A DNA stretch of 62,585 nt from an uncultured Clostridia bacterium. GTDB lineage: Bacteria > Bacillota > DTU025 > MWDF01. Where the stretch lies: contig CAZHKX010000001.1 of the NCBI GenBank assembly GCA_964532805.1, positions 1-62,585 on the forward strand, in the 5' to 3' direction. Below are positions 56,995 to 62,585 of this stretch, piece after piece. Each line of letters begins with the position of its first letter. Position 1 is the stretch's first letter. The notes beneath the pieces are model-generated. The model made no database searches. It was not told where the DNA came from and saw only the letters and a program-made list of their open reading frames with translations. A program made the translations under genes and the position numbers.

Positions 56995-58872
56995 CTATCG
57001 CGCGCTTCCGCCCCATATTTCCGGCACAGGCAGGCCTCTCATCAGCCCTTCATCCTCAATGTCAACGAACTTCAGCTTTAGTATGGAGGGAAGTGCCAAG
57101 GTCCCTTCAACCAGGAATACCTCCTGCTTACCGAAGAAATCCCCCTGGGCAGGGTAGTCCGTCGCGGAAAGGCCCACCCAACCGCAAAGGAAGGCGCTCC
57201 CTTCCGCATCTCCGAACACGACCATATCCCTGGAGGCATCGGAGCCTATGAAAGCATAGCTTATTGGGTCACTCTCTTCGTCGCACAGCCAGAACAAGGC
57301 CCTGCTCCCCCTAGCTCCGGCGGCAGCCGCATAGCAGTTGGCTATGCCCGCATCCTCCTCTTCCAGATACTCCGAGGATGCAACAAGTGCATCCTTCGCC
57401 TCATCCGCGTCCATCCCCAGCGACATAAGCACCGCCAGCATCCCCGAAATATGGGGTGTGGCCATCGAGGTTCCGCTCATCCTGGCATAACCAGTCGATT
57501 CTACTGCGAACGGCACGGTGCTAAGAACTCCATAGGCCCCCGTACCTCCTCCCGGGGCGAAGATATCCAGCCCGGGGCCGGTATTCGAGTAGTCCGCGCT
57601 GAACATGGCTGGCGTGATCGCACCTACTGAGAAGCACTTCCCGTACTTTCCGGGCATGGTAAGGTCGGTATCCGATCCGTTGTTGCCGGCCGCGGCGACC
57701 AATACGCATCCCTTGGCATCGGCATAGTCCAGGGCCTCCCTCAGGAGCCTGAAGGAGAGATCGGAGAAGAACAGAGGCCATCCGATGCTCATGTTGATGA
57801 TGTCCGCCCCGTTGTCCGCGGCAAGGCGGATCCCCCTGGAGATCGTCGACATCGTCCCCGAGGAGCTGCCTCCCCTCTTCTCCATGCTCTTTATTGGAAG
57901 GATCACTGCGTTAGGGGCCACTCCTGCGATGCCGATGGAGTTGTCCATCTCGGCTGCGATTATCCCCGTCACATGTGTGCCATGGCCTGCATTGTCGTTC
58001 ATGTCCGTGTTAATGGAGTTGAGCATCGGAAGGCATCTTGAGCTTAGGTCCGGATGGCTCACATCGACCCCGGTGTCGACTACAGCGACCACCACAGGCA
58101 GGGAAGGAAGCGCATGCCTCCACATCCTGTGCATGCTTGAGGCCCTGAGCGCCCACTGCTGCGGCCAGTACATGTCGTCAGGGACGTAGCCTCCCAGAGG
58201 ATAGCAGACGTAGTCCGGTTCAGCGTCTTCAACCCATGAGTAGTCCTTCAGCCTTTCGGAGAACTCCGAAGCGTCTGCCCCCTCCGGCAGGCTAAGGAGC
58301 ATGTATCCCATTTCAGGGACCGATTCCACCACCCTGCTTCCAAGCCGCCCCGAAGCCTCAGTGATCTCCCCGAACTTGGCACCATAGGCGGGATAGACGA
58401 CAACAGCGGTGGCCTCCGTGGCCTCTGTGGCCTGCATCGGGATGGTTTTCACCGAAGCCGCCCTCATCATGGATGCTTCCGGCTCGTAATCATTAGACAG
58501 TGTGAACTTGAACTCCACAAGAGGCCTGCCGGCAGAGGCGGGATACATGTCCGCGTTCACGCACATGCGGGCGCTTCTGCTTACTACGACTTCCTTACTG
58601 ACGGGAGCGTACCCCTCTGCTGTGAAGTTCAGCGTGAGCTTGCCAGGCTTCAGCGTAACCTCAAGGGTCTCGAAAGATCCCGTCGCGCCGCTTAGCGCGG
58701 TCATGACGCCGTCCGCAGACGCCCTTGCCCCCTCGATGCCCGCCTCGGACGCCGCGTCGCGCACGGTGCCAAAGAAGACGACCCTGCACGATTCGTCCTT
58801 CACACACCCTGTCATTAGGGCCATCATCAGGCATATCGTTATCGCCGCCGCTCTGATTGAGCATCTACCCAT
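56995..58872 (-). CDS. S8 subtilisin-family serine peptidase lipoprotein (paralogue)
   Basis: Lipobox LMTGC and the same architecture as its neighbour. Triad contexts are VAVVDTGVD, HGTHVTGII and GTSMATPHIS. Confidence 0.88.
   Translation of the reverse strand: MGRCSIRAAAITICLMMALMTGCVKDESCRVVFFGTVRDAASEAGIEGARASADGVMTALSGATGSFETLEVTLKPGKLTLNFTAEGYAPVSKEVVVSRSARMCVNADMYPASAGRPLVEFKFTLSNDYEPEASMMRAASVKTIPMQATEATEATAVVVYPAYGAKFGEITEASGRLGSRVVESVPEMGYMLLSLPEGADASEFSERLKDYSWVEDAEPDYVCYPLGGYVPDDMYWPQQWALRASSMHRMWRHALPSLPVVVAVVDTGVDVSHPDLSSRCLPMLNSINTDMNDNAGHGTHVTGIIAAEMDNSIGIAGVAPNAVILPIKSMEKRGGSSSGTMSTISRGIRLAADNGADIINMSIGWPLFFSDLSFRLLREALDYADAKGCVLVAAAGNNGSDTDLTMPGKYGKCFSVGAITPAMFSADYSNTGPGLDIFAPGGGTGAYGVLSTVPFAVESTGYARMSGTSMATPHISGMLAVLMSLGMDADEAKDALVASSEYLEEEDAGIANCYAAAAGARGSRALFWLCDEESDPISYAFIGSDASRDMVVFGDAEGSAFLCGWVGLSATDYPAQGDFFGKQEVFLVEGTLALPSILKLKFVDIEDEGLMRGLPVPEIWGGSAR
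58411..58437. repeat. Imperfect 9-bp tandem repeat x3 inside S8 paralogue 2
   Basis: GGCCTCCGT GGCCTCTGT GGCCTGCAT, encoding ...QATEATEAT... on the minus strand. Confidence 0.5.
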
Positions 58873-59025
58873 AGGCTCGCCTCCATCTTTTTTGTGTCAG
58901 GCATGGAAGGTTTTTGCGTTTTCGTACGTAATTTATTATAGAGGGACTGTGATACGATGATTACAGTTAAGTTCTGTGCGGGAGGCTTTTAATCCTGCAC
59001 TTCTTACGACTGGGAGGAATTGTCA

Positions 59026-60234
59026 ATGAGGACCCCGGCAAGGAGATCACTGATAATATCGGCCGTCCTGCTTCTGCTATCAGCCGCCTGCATCATGCCT
59101 TCGGCCTGGAGCAAGGCTTATGCGGCCGTACCTGCAAAGGATGCGCCTGGGGACGAAGTGCTGATATCGCTGCTTCCGGAGGCGGCCGGCATGCCAGCCC
59201 CCGCCTGGCTCAAGGAGGGCCTTAGGGTTTACTACAGGACTGCAGGAGGAGAGCTCTCAAGGACCCAGTCCCAGGCCGTAGTGAAGCTGTCGGATGCACC
59301 CCTTCAGAAGCCTGAGGATTTATCAGTAAGCCCGCTGCTTGTAAGGACTGATGTAACAGGGATAGACGGGAAGCTGGCCACCACCTTCAGCACCGTCTTC
59401 ATAGACCTGTCGTTTCTTCCATGGGAGGACGAAAGCAGCATATCCTCCACGGGCATGGGCCCCTTCTGGCTCAATGCCGAGCTTCTGAAAGGTGCAGCTG
59501 CCAAGGGCCTTAAGGTTGAGGAAGTCCAGTGGAAGATCCTGAACCAGACTTACGACGCCGTCAAGGTGTCATACAGCCCCTCTGAAGGCCCAGAGACGCA
59601 TTACGCATGGATCGTCGAGAAATCGTCAGGGCTGCTGCTTTACAGCGCGAGGATATCCAGGGCCAAGCCGGGTGCTGCGATAGAGGTCAATGCCGTCGAG
59701 TTCTACTCGATGCGGTACATGGGGCTTCCGTGGAGCGCGACAAGCCAGCCCTCGTTCGTGAAGCCCGGATTCACGCTTGCCTACGACGGGAACATTCAGA
59801 CCTGGAACCCCAAGACAGGCCCCGGGCTGTCAGTCCCCGCGCTTATCACGTTCAGAGTGGACAAGGCGGACAGGAAGCTTGTGACGGCGAACCTCTCCCG
59901 CGTATATAGCGCAGAGGAGAAGTACGACTCGAAGATAATCATCGGCACTGCCCAGATAGGCGGCAGCTTCTGGATGCCCCAGAGCATAGTCTCAAAGTTC
60001 AAGGTGGGCCAGGTCCTGGACAAAGACCCCATAACAAACAGCGTTACAGAGGTAAGCTACATCGCAGAGACGAAGGATGGCACCGGAAGGGTGGTCATCT
60101 TCGAATTCGGCAAGAACTATAAGAGGGCCTGGGCTTTCAGGGCCTCGGACGGCCTGCTGGTCTACTGGATGGAGGACAAGGTGATCGACCCTGTGTCCGG
60201 GACGACCCAGAAGGCGGAGTGGACGCTTAAGTAA
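59026..60234 (+). CDS. Secreted hypothetical protein
   Basis: Signal peptide LLLLSAACIMPSAWSKAYA. I recognise no motif. GGGAGG lies 8 nt before ATG 59026, so the tracked TTG 59020 is trimmed. Confidence 0.6.
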   Translation: MRTPARRSLIISAVLLLLSAACIMPSAWSKAYAAVPAKDAPGDEVLISLLPEAAGMPAPAWLKEGLRVYYRTAGGELSRTQSQAVVKLSDAPLQKPEDLSVSPLLVRTDVTGIDGKLATTFSTVFIDLSFLPWEDESSISSTGMGPFWLNAELLKGAAAKGLKVEEVQWKILNQTYDAVKVSYSPSEGPETHYAWIVEKSSGLLLYSARISRAKPGAAIEVNAVEFYSMRYMGLPWSATSQPSFVKPGFTLAYDGNIQTWNPKTGPGLSVPALITFRVDKADRKLVTANLSRVYSAEEKYDSKIIIGTAQIGGSFWMPQSIVSKFKVGQVLDKDPITNSVTEVSYIAETKDGTGRVVIFEFGKNYKRAWAFRASDGLLVYWMEDKVIDPVSGTTQKAEWTLK

Positions 60235-60375
60235 GGGGCAATTCATGCTGTTCGGATCCTGATTGGACCGCAGGTTGCTGGAAGTACGGCGGCCTGCGGT
60301 TTTCCAAATCCATGCCGGCGCCTTCGGGGAAGCATGATAGGCTCGAGGGATAGTTCTGAGAAAAGAGGTAATAAG

Positions 60376-61002
60376 ATGAAAGTATTGCTCGTAAACGGAA
60401 GCCCGCACCCGGCCGGATGCACCTACACCGCGCTTCGCGCTGTCGCAGGGGCGCTCGAGGAGAACGGCATCGCCACCGAGGTCTTCCAGCTGGGCGTAAA
60501 GCCCATATCCGGCTGTATCGCCTGCGGCTCGTGCGCGAAGGCCGGCCGCTGCTTCATAGACGATCCAGTCAACAGGTTCCTAGACCTTGCTCTTACGGCG
60601 GACGGCTTCGTCTTCGGCTCACCCGTGCATTATGCATCGGCCACAGGCATGCTCACATCGTTCATGGACAGGGCATTCTATGCGAACCGGGATCCTAGGA
60701 GGTATGCCTACAAGCCCGCTGCAGCGGTGGTGAGCGCGCGCCGCGCCGGCACTACCGCGGCGCTTGACCAGATAAATAAGTATTTCCCGATAAGCGGGAT
60801 GCCGATAGTCCCTTCGCGCTACTGGAACATGGTGCATGGGTCCACGCCGGAAGACGTAGCAAAGGACCTTGAGGGCCTCCAGATAATGAGGGTCCTTGGA
60901 AGAAACATGGCGTGGCTACTGAAATCGATCGAGGCCGGAAGGGCGGCTGGGATAAGCACCCCCGAAAGGGAGGACGCCGTCCGTACGAACTTCATCCGCT
61001 AG
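60376..61002 (+). CDS. Iron-sulfur flavoprotein / NADPH-dependent FMN reductase family
   Basis: MKVLLVNGSPH flavodoxin-like start and the compact Cys motif C-x2-C-x2-C-x5-C (CIACGSCAKAGRC) typical of Isf proteins. Confidence 0.75.
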   Translation: MKVLLVNGSPHPAGCTYTALRAVAGALEENGIATEVFQLGVKPISGCIACGSCAKAGRCFIDDPVNRFLDLALTADGFVFGSPVHYASATGMLTSFMDRAFYANRDPRRYAYKPAAAVVSARRAGTTAALDQINKYFPISGMPIVPSRYWNMVHGSTPEDVAKDLEGLQIMRVLGRNMAWLLKSIEAGRAAGISTPEREDAVRTNFIR

Positions 61003-61712
61003 AGCTGGGCGTTCTCCTTGCCGCCGGCAAGTATCGCCGAAACGACCGCCTGGGCCAGCAGAAGCCCCGCCACTGGCGGCACGAAAGAGATGCTGCCTGG
61101 CGGCCCCGGCCTTCTCATCGAGGGCTCGTCATCCGAGTATATGGCGGTGACCCCGCCATAAATCCCCTCTTTCCTGAGCCTGGTCCTCACTACCCTTGCA
61201 AGCGGGCAGGTTTTAGTGTTCGCGATGTCGGCTATCCTGAAGCCTGACGCGTCCGCCTTGTTTCCTGCCCCCATGCTGGATGCCACCGGAATCCCCTTCC
61301 TGACGCATTCCGCTATCAGGACGAGCTTTGATTCCACGCTGTCAATCGCGTCGGCCACATGGTCGAAACCGCCGGCAAGCAACTCATCGGCGTTATCGGC
61401 GCCGAACCAGGCCCTTATGGGGTGGACCCTGGCATCGGGGTTGATGTCGAGCATCCTCTCGGCCATGACCTCGACCTTGGACCTGCCAAGAGTGCTGCCT
61501 AGGGCGACAAGCTGCCTGTTTATGTTGCTCTCCTGGACCGTGTCGGAGTCTACCAGGGTTATCTCGCCGACGCCGGCTCTTGCTATGGCCTCGGCGCAGA
61601 ACGAGCCGACGCCTCCGATCCCGAAGATGGCGACGTGGCTTCCCCTTAGCCTCTCATACCCTTCCTGCCCGATAAGCAGGATCTCCCTCTGGAACCTTCC
61701 CTCAGCGCCCAT
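60999..61712 (-). CDS. tcdA: tRNA threonylcarbamoyladenosine dehydratase (ThiF/MoeB/HesA family)
   Basis: RFQREILLIGQEGYERL...VAIFGIGGVGSFCAEAIARAGVGEITLVDSDTV..NINRQ matches the TcdA/CsdL pattern. Confidence 0.8.
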   Translation of the reverse strand: MGAEGRFQREILLIGQEGYERLRGSHVAIFGIGGVGSFCAEAIARAGVGEITLVDSDTVQESNINRQLVALGSTLGRSKVEVMAERMLDINPDARVHPIRAWFGADNADELLAGGFDHVADAIDSVESKLVLIAECVRKGIPVASSMGAGNKADASGFRIADIANTKTCPLARVVRTRLRKEGIYGGVTAIYSDDEPSMRRPGPPGSISFVPPVAGLLLAQAVVSAILAGGKENAQL

Positions 61713-62454
61713 CCGAGCCCTCCCTGCGCACATATGCCTCGCCTGATCCCGGCCCCAAAGACGCCATCATCAGCATCAGCCTGTGGACTTCCCTTCCGGT
61801 CTCTTCAGCTTCAAGGCCCCTTCCCCTTTCGGGAAGCAGCACGCCGTAGGGCCCCCTTGCGCCTGACCCCTGCTCGTCCATCAGGTAGTAGGTATCAGCC
61901 ATCAGGGCGACATCGACCGGGCTGTGGGTGACCATGACGACCGTCCTTCCCTCTGCCAGAAGGCCCTGCCTCAGCTTAGGAAGCATTGAGCCCTTAAGCC
62001 CAAGGCCTATCGAGCTGAAAGGCTCATCAAGCAGGAGTATGCACGCATCAGAGGTCAGTGCGCGCGCAAGGTTGGCCCTCTGCTGCTCTCCTCCCGACAT
62101 CGTCGACGGCATCCTTGAGGAGAACCCCTCAAGGCCGAGCTCCCTCAGATAGGCCAAGGCGCGCTCCAAGGCTCCCTCGCCTAGGCAATAGGCGATGTTC
62201 TCCTCCACGGTAAGCCAGGGAAGAAGCCTGGGCTCCTGGAAGGCAACTGCTATGCCGGAGCCTGCCGGCATTTCCACGCTGCCTGCGTCCTGACGCTCAA
62301 GCCCGGAGAGTATCCGAAGCAGGGTCGTCTTGCCCCTTCCGGAAGGTCCGAGGATGGCCGTCATGCGTCCGGCTTCGGCCTCCAAATCGAGCCCTGTGAA
62401 AACGGGCTTGCCGTCGAAGGATTTTGATAGCCCCTTGATCGAGATGTGGCTCAC
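61702..62454 (-). CDS. ABC transporter ATP-binding protein (nitrate/sulfonate/taurine type)
   Basis: Walker A GPSGRGKTT, signature MSGGEQQR, Walker B ILLLDEP. GTG start overlaps the upstream permease stop (GTGA). Confidence 0.88.
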   Translation of the reverse strand: MSHISIKGLSKSFDGKPVFTGLDLEAEAGRMTAILGPSGRGKTTLLRILSGLERQDAGSVEMPAGSGIAVAFQEPRLLPWLTVEENIAYCLGEGALERALAYLRELGLEGFSSRMPSTMSGGEQQRANLARALTSDACILLLDEPFSSIGLGLKGSMLPKLRQGLLAEGRTVVMVTHSPVDVALMADTYYLMDEQGSGARGPYGVLLPERGRGLEAEETGREVHRLMLMMASLGPGSGEAYVRREGSDGR

Positions 62455-62585
62455 GCCCCCGCCCCCTTCCTTCTGAAGGATGCCCTCATGAGCCTGTTAA
62501 GCAGAAGGTCCGTCGCATATCCGAAGGCCACCAGCAGCAGGGTCCACGCGAAAAGCCCAGGTGTGTCCAGAAATGCCCTGGCAGT
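62451..62585 (-). CDS. ABC transporter permease, C-terminal fragment (gene continues beyond the window)
   Basis: My translation is TARAFLDTPGLFAWTLLLVAFGYATDLLLNRLMRASFRRKGAGA-stop. This is typical of the C-terminus of SsuC/TauC-type permeases and is coupled to the ATPase gene. Confidence 0.6.
   Translation of the reverse strand, partial: TARAFLDTPGLFAWTLLLVAFGYATDLLLNRLMRASFRRKGAGA

Noticed and set aside
1-62585. Genome-wide TGA reassignment (genetic code 4 or 25) as an explanation for the in-frame TGA at 21281-21283.
   Set aside because: TGA terminates well-supported genes at the expected length (gcvPA at the ATGA junction, gcvT at TGATAA, the 977-aa kinase, and the ABC permease at the GTGA junction).
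1-62585. CRISPR arrays, IS elements, transposases, integrases, prophage genes, rRNA.
   Set aside because: No regularly spaced direct repeats were seen. No DDE or tyrosine-recombinase motifs were seen in any tracked ORF. The only recombinase-like ORF is the degenerate resolvase fragment.

Overview
This is a 62.6 kb, densely coding, fairly GC-rich bacterial chromosomal segment. Hand spot-counts give about 57 % GC in typical genes. The standard genetic code applies, since TGA, TAA and TAG each terminate well-supported genes. AGG/AGA Arg and ATA Ile codons are used heavily despite the high GC. I cannot name the organism.

Left third (0.2-20.7 kb):
- MATE and LysE exporters.
- A five-gene flavo/iron-sulfur oxidoreductase cluster of the HcnABC / opine oxidase / archaeal proline dehydrogenase / sarcosine oxidase superfamily.
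- tilS-ftsH and two small LiaF-like membrane proteins.
- A complete glycine-cleavage locus, with lpd divergent from gcvT-gcvH-gcvPA-gcvPB. This operon runs with overlapping stop/start codons into two different radical-SAM genes and a lipoate/octanoyl-protein ligase. I read these as a LipS1/LipS2-type (non-LipA) lipoyl synthase line dedicated to GcvH. It is the most interesting system in the window.
- A formamidase and a GNAT gene trail the operon.

Middle (20.7-38.7 kb):
- Secreted proteins, including a beta-propeller-like gene split by a single in-frame TGA in a C-x-x-TGA context.
- folD, murD, glycerate kinase and the CCA-adding enzyme.
- An ECF sigma / anti-sigma / HtrA module with a recognisable ECF-type promoter.
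- A mosaic stretch punctuated by tRNA-Thr(CGU), tRNA-Gly(CCC) and tRNA-Asp(GUC). It holds a catalytically dead resolvase-like gene, an orphan DegT aminotransferase, a truncated PAS fragment and an AT-rich GGDEF gene.

Right third (38.7-62.6 kb):
- A c-di-GMP signalling island with two giant multi-PAS HD-GYP proteins in tandem, a BvgS-like hybrid kinase with two Venus-flytrap domains, and an RpfC/RpfG-like operon (orphan solute-binding protein, REC-HD-GYP regulator, hybrid kinase with Hpt).
- Two tandem S8 lipoprotein proteases and a divergent secreted protein of unknown function.
- An iron-sulfur flavoprotein, tcdA and part of a sulfonate/nitrate-type ABC transporter.

I recognised no CRISPR array, rRNA, IS element, transposase or integrase. 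All functional calls come from reading motifs by eye, and no database search was run.
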